A stretch of 64,000 bases of DNA from Somniosus microcephalus (lineage: Eukaryota), in NCBI GenBank assembly GCA_052327205.1, contig CM126208.1:164300001-164364000 (forward strand). The letters are read 5' to 3'. This document shows positions 34,661-47,024 of the stretch, piece by piece; the first letter of the stretch is position 1; each line of letters begins with the position of its first letter. The position numbers and the translations under genes were made by a program. The notes under the pieces are model-generated. The model had not been told where the DNA came from, ran no database searches, and worked only from the letters and a program-made list of their open reading frames with translations.

Positions 34661-35228
34661 ATGTGGGGAATCGCAGCTGTGAACCAACGTCCTAATTTCC
34701 TGTGGCTCATGTATTAGGTAGGGTTAGACCAGAAGAATATAGGGGGCAAAATTGGGTGCCTTTGCGCCTCTCGTTAGCGCCCCGGGGGGCACTGATGGGG
34801 TGTAAATGGCTTTGCGACCAGGTACAGCGCTGACATCGACTCCCGCCATATTTGGCGTGAGTTTTGTGGCAGCGTTACGGCATTGCACCCCAATCTCCTT
34901 CGCCCGGAGACCGTGATGTCATCGCCATGCACATCACCCCGGTAATGCCTTGGACCCAAAATTGACTTCCGCCCACTGACAGCTGCAGGAGGCATGCATC
35001 GGGTGGCCGGCTGATTTGAGGGTGATGATTAAAGGTGAGGTGGCCGAGGTAAGTAAAAAAAAACTTACCTTGTTGCAGTTTTTTTCGCGGGTTACTGCCC
35101 GCAATTGATCAGCCTGGCACTCTGCTTGAGTGCCGGGCTGATCGCGTGGGATCGCGGCTGCCTTGGTTGTCCAGGTAGGTACTTTTAAATTGCAGAGCCT
35201 GCAGCGATGGCCCTTCCCTTTAAGGGAG

Positions 35229-38200
35229 TGTAATGAAATCTGTTTGCCTTGGTCCTGTATTCATTTTGCACTCGTGTATATTACCCTCCCCGACTGTGTA
35301 TAGTTTCACTTCCTCTTTCCCGACTAACCTGGGAGGTTCCAGGTCTTGGCTCTTGGCTCCGCCCCTGACTTCTCTTACATAAAGATCCCAGGATCTGTAT
35401 GACTCATTCCTGTGACCCAGTCGGCGTGTTGAGATGTTAGCTCTGATCTTAGTGATTAAAAGCCAACTTGTTTAAGTCTACAACTTCTAGTTTTGTGGTT
35501 ATTGAAGGCCCATCAATTTTAATCACTAAAGAATACTAGGATGGATCGACTCCTAAAACCAGAGCGTCTGGACTTGGATCCACATTCTGCTGAAGCATCA
35601 AACCAATTTGGACACTGGCTCAAATGCTTCGAACTCTTCGCGGGGGCCTCATCCGCTAGCGAGGTAGATAAACTGAGTCTACTGACTACTCGCGTAAGTC
35701 ATCGGATTTATTCGTTCATCCGGGACGCCACCTCTTACACGGAGGCCATCACTATCCTGAAGGCCCAATACCAGAGGCCGGTAAACGAAGTGTACGCCAG
35801 ACATCTGCTGGCTACACGCAGGCAGCGACCAGAGGAATCAATGGACGATTTCTTACAGGGCCTAAAGGACCTGGTCCGGGACTGTAACTGCAAGGCCGTG
35901 ACGGCCAACGCGTACTCTGACGAATTGGTCCGCGATTCCTTCATCACGTGCCTCAAATCGAATTATATCCGGCAGAGACTGCTGGAGAAGGAGGTCCTGG
36001 ACTTAAAAAAGGCAGTGGCCACTGCGCGATCGCTGGACGTGGCCCAGAAAAACTCTGATTTTATTCTTCCGGCCATGCGGCCCTCACCGCCTCGTGCGCG
36101 CCGAGGGGGCCGCCATCTTGGAATCAGCCATCTTCCCCATCCAGGTCTCAGACCAGCTCTACGCCGCCGGAGTCCCCACACAGAAGTTCACCCAGGAGTC
36201 CTGCTACAGCGGCAATGTCTCGAGGCCCGAAATGCTACTTCTGCGGCCAGGCCAAGCACCCCAGACAACGATGCCCAGCGAAGGATGCTACATGCTTCAA
36301 ATGTAAGAAAAAGGGGCATTTTAGCAAAGTCTGCAGGGGGAATCCGATTTCCAACTCCGTCACCGCCTCGTGCATGCCGTGCGGGCCGCCATCTTGGGAT
36401 CCACCATCTTTTCCCGACTCAACGGCCGCCCAGGGCCCAACAGTGGCTTCGATCACGGTGGATCAATCCAGGCCACACCCGTTGACAAAATCCATGATGG
36501 ACATACAGGTAAACGGGAATTTAACGAAATGTTTAATTGACTGTGGGAGTACCGAGAGTTTTATCCACCCTAGCCTGGTACGGCGGCACTCATTAACGGT
36601 AACCCCCACACGGAGCAGAATTGCTATGGCTGCTAAGCCCCACACTTCGGACATTTTGGGCTACTGTGTGGTAACACTGACTGTAAAAGGCACGGACTAC
36701 AAGGATTTTAAACTCCTTGTGATGCCAGAACTCTGTGTTAATGTAATCTTGGGCCTGGACTTCCAGTGCCACCACGAAAGTGTCACGCTAGCATATGGCG
36801 GGTCCCAGCCGCCACTCACAGTCTGTGGCCTATCAACCTTAAAAATCAGCCCACCCTCTTTATTCGCTAATCTCGCTCTGAACTGTAGGCCCATAGCGAC
36901 CAAAAGTAGACGGTACAGTCTGGAAGACAGACACTTTATCAAGGCGGAAGTGGACAGACTCCTGCGGGAAGGCATTATTGAATGCAGTACCAGCCCGTGG
37001 CGTGCCCAAGTAGTCATAGTTAAAAATAGCGAGAAGAAATGGATGGTAATTGACTACAGCCAGACTGTTAATATTTATACCTAGCTGGACGCCTACCCTT
37101 TACCCCGCATATCAGAAATGGTCAACCAGATTGCGCAATACCGAGTCTTCTCGACTATCGACCTCAAATCCGCGTATCACCAGCTCCCCATTAGAACGGA
37201 GGACCGCCCATACACCGCCTTCGAGGCGAACGGGCACCTCTACCATTTTCTCAGAGTGCCCTTCGGGGTAACAAATGGGGTCTCGGTCTTCCAACGTGAG
37301 ATGGACCGCATGGTTGACGAGAATAAACTACAAGCTACCTACCCCTATCTGGACAATGTCACTATCTGCGGGCACAACCAGCAAGACCACGATCTAAATC
37401 TTGCGAGATTTTTAAAAACTGCCCTAAAGCTGAATCTAACCTACAACGAAGACAAATGTGTCTTCAACACAACCCGTCTCTGTATCCTCGGCTGTGTGGT
37501 GGAAGATGGGGTAATTGGACCGGACCCTGACCGATTACGCCCCCTAAAGGAACTGCCCCTGCCACACAATCCCAAAGCTTTAAAAAGGTGCCTGGGATTT
37601 TTTTCGTATTATGCCCAATGGGTGCCCAATTACTCTGATAAGGCCCGACCCCTCATTAAATCGACGTCCTTCCCACTATCAGCTGAAGCTCGGGAGGCTT
37701 TCACCAGTATTAAACAGGACATTGAAAGGGCTGCAGTGTGTGCAGTGGACGAATGCATTCCCTTTCAAGTCGAAAGCGATGCGTCAGACTTTGCCTTAGC
37801 TGCGACCCTCAATCAGGCTGGGAGACCTGTGGCCTTCTTCTCCCGAACCCTTCAGGGACCTGAAATCAGGCACTCTTCTGTCGAGAAGGAGGCACAGGCT
37901 ATAGTGGAGGCAGTGCGGCACTGGAGACACTACCTAGCCGGCAAACGTTTCACCCTGCTCACCGACCAGCGGTCGGTGGCTTTCATGTTTAATAACAAAC
38001 AAAGGGGGAAAATCAAGAATGACAAAATACTCAGGTGGAGGATCGAACTATCCATGTTCAACTATGATATTATGTACAGGCCGGGAGCCCTTAATGAACC
38101 CCCAGACGCCCTATCGCGGGGAATGTGTGCCAGCATTCATACGGACAAATTACAGGGTCTCCACAACGACCTCTGTCACCCAGGGGTCACCCGACTATAC

Positions 38201-39578
38201 CATTTTATAAAGTCCCGCAATCTGCCCCACTCCATCGAGGAGGTCAGGACAATGACCAGAGCCTGCCGCATCTGTGCGGAATGCAAGCCTCGTTTCTACA
38301 GGTCTGACCGTGCACACCTTATCAAAGCCACACGGCCATTCGAGCGTCTAAGTCTGGACTTCAAGGGACCCCTTCCCTCTGCCGACCGTAACGTATACTT
38401 CCTCAATATCATTGATGAATATTCCCGCTTCCCCTTCGCCATTCCCTGCCCAGACATGACCAGTGCCACGGTCATCAAGTGTCTCTGTAATCTATTCTGC
38501 ATGTTTGGCATGCCGAACTACATACACAGCGATAGGGGGACGTCATTCATGAGTGACGAGCTGCACCAGTTCTTGCTCTCGAAGGGGATAGCCACTAGCA
38601 GAACCACTAGCTACAACCCCCGGGGTAATGGGCAAGTGGAAAGGGAGAATGCTACTGTTTGGAAGGCTGTCACGTTAGCCTTAAAGTCAAAAGGCCTTCC
38701 GACCTCCCGCTGGCAGGAAGTCCTCCCAGATGTGCTCCACTCCATAAGGTCTCTGTTATGTACTGCCACTAACGCCACCCCTCACGAAAAGATGTTCATT
38801 TTCCCCCGGAAATCCACCTCGGGCATATCTCTACCCGCGTGGCTGACGTTTCCGGGGACAGTACTATTGCGGAAGCACGTGAGAGGCCATAAAACGGACC
38901 CCCTTGTGGAAAAGGTACAGCTCCTCCATGCAAACCCTCAGTACGCCTATATCGAATACTCTGACGGGCGAGAGGGCACTGTTTCCATAAAAGACCTCGC
39001 TCCCTCGGGGAGCGGAGAGAACGATGGGAGACTACCCGATGAAGACCTACACTACAAAGAGACAGGACGCCCAGAGGTATCAATACCCAACTTTAACCTG
39101 GAGGACACTGCAGATAACCTGGAAGACACTGCGGAGGCCCGGACAGCGGAGGAACCAGAATCCATTCCCCTAGAGGCACCCCAACCGGCTTTGCGCCGAT
39201 CACTGAGAACTGCAAAACCTCCTGACAGACTCACTTATACCAACTTTTAAGAAACATCACCCCGATGGACGAAATCTATAGAAGGGGTGAATGTAATGAA
39301 ATCTGTTTGCCTTGGTCCTGTATTCATTTTGCACTCGTGTATATTACCCTCCCCGACTGTGTATAGTTTCACTTCCTCTTTCCCGACTAACCTGGGAGGT
39401 TCCAGGTCTTGGCTCTTGGCTCCGCCCCTGACTTCTCTTACATAAAGATCCCAGGATCTGTATGACTCATTCCTGTGAACCAGTTGGCGTGTTGTGATGT
39501 TAGCTCTGATCTTAGTGATTAAAAGCCAACTTGTTTAAGTCTATAACTTCTAGTTTTGTGGTTATTGAAGGCCCATCA
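35229..39578 (+). mobile_element. Full-length Gypsy LTR retrotransposon C (no tRNA PBS)
   Basis: 287-bp LTRs 35229-35515 and 39292-39578 (4 substitutions seen); TSD GGGAG; empty site TTTAAGGGAGGGAAGG in sister array units; PPT AGAAGGGGTGAA. Confidence 0.97.
35541..39250 (+). pseudogene. gag-pol of element C with one frameshift (~36060) and one stop (37082-37084)
   Basis: Gag, two CCHC knuckles, protease LIDCGS, RT YLDN, RNase H ESDAS, integrase HxxxCH/CxxC, LDFKG, SDRG, VER. Confidence 0.92.
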
Positions 39579-40094
39579 GGGAGGGAAGGAGCCTTTGAAC
39601 GCGGCAGTGCTGCACGGCCCAGTGTGCAGTGCTGCTGAAGTCTCCGCCCCGCCTGCTGCCGATTGTGCTCCACGAAGGAAGTGGAATGTCAGTATCTGAG
39701 CTGGTGGCTGGGAGTGTGAAATCAAGTGATGGTGCTGTGTCTGTAACCTGGCCGGGCACTGGTAGATAAATGCTGGCCTTGCCAGCAACGCCCACATCCC
39801 ATCTGCAGCTTGTAAATCAGAAGAGTTTGTGAAATGAGGGGGAAGTGGAACATAACAGAAGGCAGCCCCTGCTGCCTATTGTTATGTGCCACCTTCTCCT
39901 GGAAAAAAGAGGGAAGTGTGTCAGTGAGTGTCGTACAATCTGTTTAGGTGGTATTCCTGTCATGGTGGAATTGCTGACAGTGTGTCCAATCTGTGAGATG
40001 TGGGTGTGAGGCTTGCAGCAGTGGTAAGTGTGTGAGGGTGAGTTGAAGCTATGAATGTGAGGTATGAGTTGTGATTGATGGAGATTATTGGTAG

Positions 40095-41515
40095 GAAACT
40101 ATAGACCAGTTAGCCTAACATCTGTGGTTGGCAAAATGTTGGAGTCCATTATTAAGGAAACAGTAACAGAGCATTTGGATAAACATAATTTAATAGGACA
40201 GAGTCAGCATGGTTTTACGAAGGGGAAGTCATGTTTGACAAATTTGCTCGAATTCTTTGAGGATGTAACATACAAGGTGGATAAAGGGGAACCAGTGGAT
40301 GTAGTGTATTTGGACTTCCAAAAGGCATTTGACAAGGTTCCACACAAAAGATTGCTGATCAAGATAAAAAATCACGGGATTGGGGGTAATATACTGGCAT
40401 GGGTGGAAGATTGGCTATCTAACAGAAAACAAAGAGTTGGGATAAATGGTTTGTTCTCGGGCTGGCAATCAGTAACTAGTGGTGTTCCGCAGAGGTCAGT
40501 GCTGGGACCCTAACTCTTTACAATCTATATTAATGATTTGGAGGAAGGGACCGAGCGCAACATATCCAAGTTTGCCGATGATACAAAGATGGGAGGGAAA
40601 GCAGTGAGTGAGGAGGACATAAAAAACCTGCAAAAGGACATAGACAGGCTGGGTGAGTGGGCAGAGATTTGGCAGATGCAATATAATGTTGGAAAGTGTG
40701 AGGTTATGCACTTTGGCAGAAAAAAATCAAAGAGCAAGTTATTATCTAAATGGAGAGAAACTGCAAAGTGCTACAGTACAAAGGGATCTGGGGGTCCTGG
40801 TGCATGAAACACAAAAAGTTAGTATGCAGGTGCAGTAGGTGATCAGGAAGGCCAATGGAATCTTGGCTTTTATTGCAAGGGGGATGGAGTATAAAAACAG
40901 GGAAGTCTTGCTGCAGTTATACAGGGTATTGGTGAGACCACACCTGGAATACTGCGTGCAGTTTTGTTTTCCATATTTAAGAAAAGATATACTTGCTCTC
41001 GAGGCGGTTCAGAGAAGGTTCACTCGGTTGATTCCAGAGATGAGGGGGTTGACGTATGAGGAAAGGTTGAGTAGGTTGGGACTCTACTCATTGAAGTCCA
41101 GAAGAATGAGAGGCGATCTTATCAAAACATATAAGATTGTGAGGGGGCTTGATCGGGTGGATGCGGTGAGGATGTTTCCACTGATGGGTGAGACTAGAAC
41201 TAGGGGGCATAATCTTAGAATAAGGGGCTGCCCTTTCAAAACTGAGATGAGGAGAAACTTCTTCACTCAGAGGGTAGTAAATCTATGGAATTTGCTACCC
41301 CAGAGAGCTGTGGAAGCTGCAACATTAAATAAATTTAAAATGGAGATAGACATTTTCCTAGCAGATAAGGGAATTAGGGGTTACGGGGAGAGGGCAGGGA
41401 AGTGGATGTGAGTCTAGATTCAGATCAGCCATGATCCTATTGAATGGCGGAGCAGGCCCGAGGGGCCGTATGGCCTACTCCTGCTCCTATTTCTTATGTT
41501 CTTATGTTCTTATGT
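40095..41515 (+). mobile_element. CR1 LINE, 5'-truncated, inserted in array unit 2
   Basis: NYRPVSLTS, KFADD, RPHLEYC; (TTCTTATG)n tail; host TTATTGGTAGG|TGAGTG. Confidence 0.95.
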
Positions 41516-42876
41516 TAGGTGAGTGATGGGGGGTGTGGTGCATTGAGCAGTGTATGAGTCTAGTGGTTCCGTAGTAAGGATATGGCATTGGAAGATTAAT
41601 TCACTAACCTTGACCACTCGTGTGAGATCATTAAACTTTTTGCAGCACTGCATCTAGGTCCACGGGGCTACACTGCTGGCATTGACCATGGTGACTATGT
41701 GCTCTCATTGCTTTTTCCAATTTTGCCTGGAGGGCCTCCTGCAGATACACAACCTCTCTCCTCCTGTCTAACTCCTGCACCAAGGCCTCCAGTGCTGCAT
41801 CCGAGAACCTTGGAGCACACTTTCTCCCCTGTTGTTCCATCGGTACTTCTTCCTGCTCACACTCTGTTCCCCAGCCAGTTGAATCACCTGCTGCAGTCAG
41901 AATATACCTCCCCTTTAAGAGGTGGAGGCTAGCTTTAATTGGTGCTAGCCAAGCACGAACTTGAGCACTCTGCTGAGCGTGCAGCCACTCAGCAGCGTGT
42001 TCAGCACTGGGCTGCTCACCACAATCATTATAATTAACAGGCAGCACGAAGTTGGCGTGCTGCCTGCATCACTTTGAACGAGCATGGGTTGATCACACAT
42101 CACGATCCCCACACTCATTTTCGGGGGCAATCCAATTTCTATGTGGGGAATCACAGCTGTGAACCAACGTCCTAATTTCCTGTGGCTCATGTATTAGGTA
42201 GGGTTAGACCAGAAGAATATAGGGGCCGAAATTGGGTGCCTTTGCACCTCTCGTTAGCGCCCCCGGGGGGCACTGATGGGGCGTAAATGGCTTTGCGACC
42301 AGGTACAGCGTTGACATCGACTCCCGCCATATTCGGCGTGAGTTTTGTGGCAGCGTTACGGCGTTGCACCCCAATCTCCTTTGCCCGGAGACCATGATGT
42401 CATTGGAGTGCGCATCGCCCCGGTAATGCCTTGGACCCGAAATTGACTTCCACCCACTGACAACTGCAGGAGGCATGCATCGGGTGGCCGGCTGCTTCGG
42501 GGGCGATGATTAAAGGTGAGGTGGCCGAGGTAAGTAAAAAAAAACTTACCTTTCTTGTTGCAGTTTTTTTCGCGGGTTACTGCCCGCTATTGATCAGCCT
42601 GACACTCTGCTTGAGTGCCGGGCTGATCGCACGGGATCGCGGCTGCCTTGGTTGTCCAGGTAGGTACTTTTAAATTGCAGAGCCTGCAGCGATGGCCCTT
42701 CCCTTTAAGGGAGGGAAGGAACCTTTGAACGCGGCAGTGCTGCACGGCCTAGTGGGCAGGGCTGCTGAAATCTCCGCCCCGCCTGCTGCCGATTACGCTC
42801 AAAGAAGGAAGTGGAATGTCAGTATCTGAGCTGGTGGCTGGGAGTGTGAAATCAAGTGATGGTGCTGTGTTTGTAA

Positions 42877-43237
42877 TAACAACAGAAAATGCTGGAAAAA
42901 CTCAGCAGATCAGGCAACATCCGTGGAGAGGAATTTGAGTTGATGTTTCGGGTCGAAACCCTTCTTCAAAACTGGAAAGAAAAGAAAATAGATCGAAGGC
43001 AAGGCTGCGATCGAACAAAAGAGACAATAAAAGTTATTCGAAGCCAGACGAGATGCTAATAGGCCCGTGGAGACAAAAGGCAACTGAGATTAGTTGTGAA
43101 GTGTACTGGCAGGTAAGAGACAGCTGCCAGGTACGTCAACTCAAATTTCTCTCCACGGATGTTGCCTGACCTGCTGAGTTTTTCCAGCATTTTCTGTTGT
43201 TATTTCGGATTTCCAGCATCTGCAGTATTTTGCTATT
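42877..43237. mobile_element. Penelope-type pLTR insertion with inverted 5' arm, in array unit 3
   Basis: ~70-bp inverted arms (42875-42945 / 43135-43204) similar to 23715-23820; 15-bp TSD GTGCTGTGT(T/C)TGTAA at 42862-42876 and 43238-43252. Confidence 0.8.
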
Positions 43238-46007
43238 GTGCTGTGTCTGTAACCTGGCCAGGCACTGGTAGATAAATGCTGGCCTTGCCAGCGACGCCCA
43301 CATCCCATCTGCAGCTTGTAAATCAGAAGAGTTTGTGAAATGAGGGGGAAGTGGAACATAACAGAAGGCAGCCCCTGCTGCCTATTGCTTTGTGCCACCT
43401 TCTCCTGGAAAAAAGAGGGAAGTGTGTCAGTGAGTGTCGTACAATCTGTTTAGGTGGTATTCCTGTCATGGTGGAATTGCTGACAGTGTGTCCAATCTGT
43501 GAGATGTGGGTGTGAGGCTTGCAGCAGTGGTAAGTGTGTGAGGGTGAGTTGAAGCTATGAATGTGAGGAATGAGTTGTGATTGATGGAGATTATTGGTAG
43601 GTGAGTGATGGGGTGTGTGGTGCATTGAGCAGTGTGTGAGTCTAGTGGTTCCGTTGTAAGGATATGGCATTGGAAGCTTAATTCACTAACCTTGACCACT
43701 CGTGTGAGGTCATTAAACTGTTTGCAGCACTGCATCTAGGTCCACGGGGCTACACTGCTGGCATTGACCATGATGACTATGTGCTCCCATTGCTTTTTCC
43801 GATTTTGCCTGGAAGGCCTCCTGCAGATACACAACCTCTCTCCTCCTGTTTAACTCCTGCACCAAGGCCTCCAGTGCTGCATCCGAGAACCTTGGAGCAC
43901 ACTTTCTCCCCTGTTGTTCCATCAGTACTTCATCCTGCTCACACTCTGTTCCCCAGCCAGTTGAATCACCTGCTGCAGTCAGAATATACCTCCCCTTTAA
44001 GAGGTGCAGGCTAGCTTTAATTGGTGCTAGCCAAGCATGAACTTGGGCCCCCTGCTGAGCGTGCAGCCACTCAGCAGCGTGTTCAGCACTGGGCTGCTCA
44101 CCGCAATCATTATAATTAACAGGCAGCACGAAGTTGGCGTGCTGCCTGCATCACTTTGAACGGGCATGGGTTGATCACACATCGCGATTCCCACACCCGT
44201 TTTCGGGGGCAAATCAATTTCTATGTGGGGAATCGCAGCTGTGAACCAACGTCCTAATTTCCTGTGGCTCATGTATTAGGTAGGGTTAGACCAGAAGAAT
44301 ATAGGGGGCGACAATGGGTGCCTTTGCGCCTCTCGTTAGCGCCCCCGGGGGGCACTGATGGGGCGTAAATGGCTTTGCGACCAGGTGCAGCGCTGACATC
44401 AACTCCCGCCATATTTGGCGTGAGTTTTGTGGCAGCGTTACGGCATTGCACCCCAATCTCCTTCGCCCGGAGACCGTGATGTCATCGGCGTGCGCATCGC
44501 CCCGGTAATGCCTGGGCCCGAAATTGACTTCCGCCCACTGACAGCTGCAGGAGGCATGCATCGGGTGGCCGGTTGCTTCGGGGGTGATGATTAATGGTGA
44601 GGTGGCCGACGTAAGTTAATAAAAACTTACCTTTCTTGTTGCGGTTTTTTTCACGGGTTACTGCCCGCAATCGATCAGCCTGGCACTCTGCTTGAGTGCC
44701 GGGCTGATCGCGCGGGATCGCCGCTGCCTTGGTGGTCTGGGTAGGTACTTTTAAATTGCAGAGCCTGCAGCGATGGCCCTTCCCTATAAGGGAGGGAAGG
44801 AGCCTTTGAACGCGGCAGTGCTGCACGGCCCAGTGCGCAGTGCTGCTGAAGTCTCCGCCCCGCCTGCTGCCGATTACGCTCAAAGAAGGAAGTGGAATGT
44901 CAGTATCTGAGCTGGTGGCTGGGAGTGTGAAATCAAGTGATGGTGCTGTGTCTGTAACCTGGCCAGGCACTGGTAGATAAATGCTGGCCTTGCCAGCGAC
45001 ACCCACATCCCATCTGCAGCTTGTAAATCAGAAGAGTTTGTGAAATGAGGGGGAAGTGGAACTTAACAGAAGGCAGCCCCTGCTGCCTATTGTTATGTGC
45101 CACCTTCTCCTGGAAAAAAGAGGGAAGTGTGTCAGTGAGTGTCGTACAATCTGTTTAGGTGGTATTCCTGTCATGGTGGAATTGCTGACAGTGTGTCCAA
45201 TCTGTGAGATGTGGGTGTGAGGCTTGCAGCAGTGGTAAGAGTGTGAGGGTGAGTTGAAGCTATGAATGTGAGGTATGAGTTGTGATTGATGGAGATTATT
45301 GGTAGGTGAGTGATGGGTGTGTGGTGCATTGAGCAGTGTGTGAGTCTAGTGGTTCCGTTGTAAGGATATGGCATTGGAAGCTTAATTCACTAACCTTGAC
45401 CACTCGTGTGAGGTCATTAAACTGTTTGCAGCACTGCATCTAGGTCCACGGGGCTACACTGCTGGCATTGACCATGATGACTATGTGCTCCCATTGCTTT
45501 TTCCGATTTTGCCTGGAAGGCCTCCTGCAGATACACAACCTCTCTCCTCCTGTTTAACTCCTGCACCAAGGCCTCCAGTGCTGCATCCGAGAACCTTGGA
45601 GCACACTTGCTCCCCTGTTGTTCCATCAGTACTTCTTCCTGCTCACACTCTGTTCCCCAGCCAGTTGAATCACCTGCTGCAGTCAGAATAAACCTCCCCT
45701 TTAAGAGGTGCAGGCTAGCTTTAATTGGTGCTAGCCAAGCACGAACTTGGGCCCCCTGCTGAGCGTGCAGCCACTCAGCAGTGTGTTCAGCACTGGGCTG
45801 CTCACCACAATCATTATAATTAACAGGCAGCACGAAGTTGGCGTGCTGCCTGCATCACTTTGAACGAGCATGGGTTGATCACACATCACGATCCCCACAC
45901 CCGTTTTCGGGGGCAATCCAATTTCTATGTGGGGAATCACAGCTGTGAACCAACGTCCTAATTTCCTGTGGCTCATGTATTAGGTAGGGTTAGACCAGAA
46001 GAATATA

Positions 46008-46710
46008 GGGGGCGAAATTGGGTGCCTTTGCGTCTCTCGTTAGCGCCCCCGGGGGGCACTGATGGGGCGTAAATGGTTTTGCGACCAGGTACAGCGCTGA
46101 CATCAACTCCCGCCATATTCGTCGTGAGTTTTGTGGCAGCGTTACGGCATTGCACCCCAATCTCCTTCGCCCGGAGACCGTGATGTCATCGCCATGCACA
46201 TCACCCCGGTAATGCCTTGGACCCAAAATTGACTTCCGCCCACTGACAGCTGCAGGAGGCATGCATCGGGTGGCTGGTTGCTTCGGGGGTGATGATTAAA
46301 GGTGAGGTGGCCGACGTAATTTAAAAAAAACTTACCTTTCTTGTTGTATTTCTTTCACAGGTTCCTGCCCGCAATCGATCAGCCTGTCACTCTGCTTGAG
46401 TGCCGGGCTGATCGCGTGGGATCGCGACTGCCTTGGTGGTCCAGGTAGGTACTTTTTAAATTGCAGAGCCTGCAGCGATGGCCCTTCCCTTTAAGGGAGG
46501 GAAGGAGCCTTTGAACGCGGCAGTGCTGCATGGCCCAGTGTGCAGCGCTGCTGAAATCTCTGCCCCGCCTGCTGCCGATTGCGCTCCACTTCCTTCTTTT
46601 TGCGCAAACGGTGAATTTTTCAAAAGTTTGAAATTGTTAGTGCCTGGTGCTAAATTTTCAAACTTTTAAAAATTAGCGCCCCAAATGGGGCGATAGTGAA
46701 TTTTTCCTCC
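46008..46710. mobile_element. Complete Harbinger-type MITE (703 bp), related to 17819-23663
   Basis: Ends GGGGGCGAAATT / AATTTTTCCTCC; shared internal motifs GCACTC..GAGTGCCGGG and CCCTTTAAGGGAGG; left parts repeated at 34742, ~42222 and ~44303. Confidence 0.75.
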
Positions 46711-47024
46711 ACAATGTCCAAACCTCGATTTTTAGGATGGGCTGAGGCTTTCTAGTTAAACTTTAATGAAGGATTTAAAGACATAAAAGACAATTTCATG
46801 GATAAAATAAATTGCATTATTATGAAAACCGCAATCGTTTAAATTTTTTAATTTTCTTAAAACCCTAAATTGTGAAAATATAGAGTCATATGTTGGGAAA
46901 TAATTAGCCATCGATTACTTGGAAATTGTCTGGCCAATATACTTAATAAACTGAATATCTGTATGCAATGCCTCTTCTGGTTGCTGCTTCTGATAATTAA
47001 GGGCTGCAACAGTATCTTTCTCAC

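Larger units (their letters stand above)
33632..46590. repeat. Tandem array of four ~1.70-kb units (Harbinger Myb arm + MITE left part)
   Basis: Units start near 33632, 39687, 42817, 44898; the same 138-aa ORF recurs at 34151, 41631, 43713, 45417; spacing is ~1700-1705 bp after removing inserted elements. Confidence 0.93.

Noticed and set aside
36050-36075. Programmed gag frameshift in Gypsy C
   Set aside because: No canonical slippery heptamer, and the related element at 1-1528 has this region in one frame; a 1-bp deletion in a T-run is simpler
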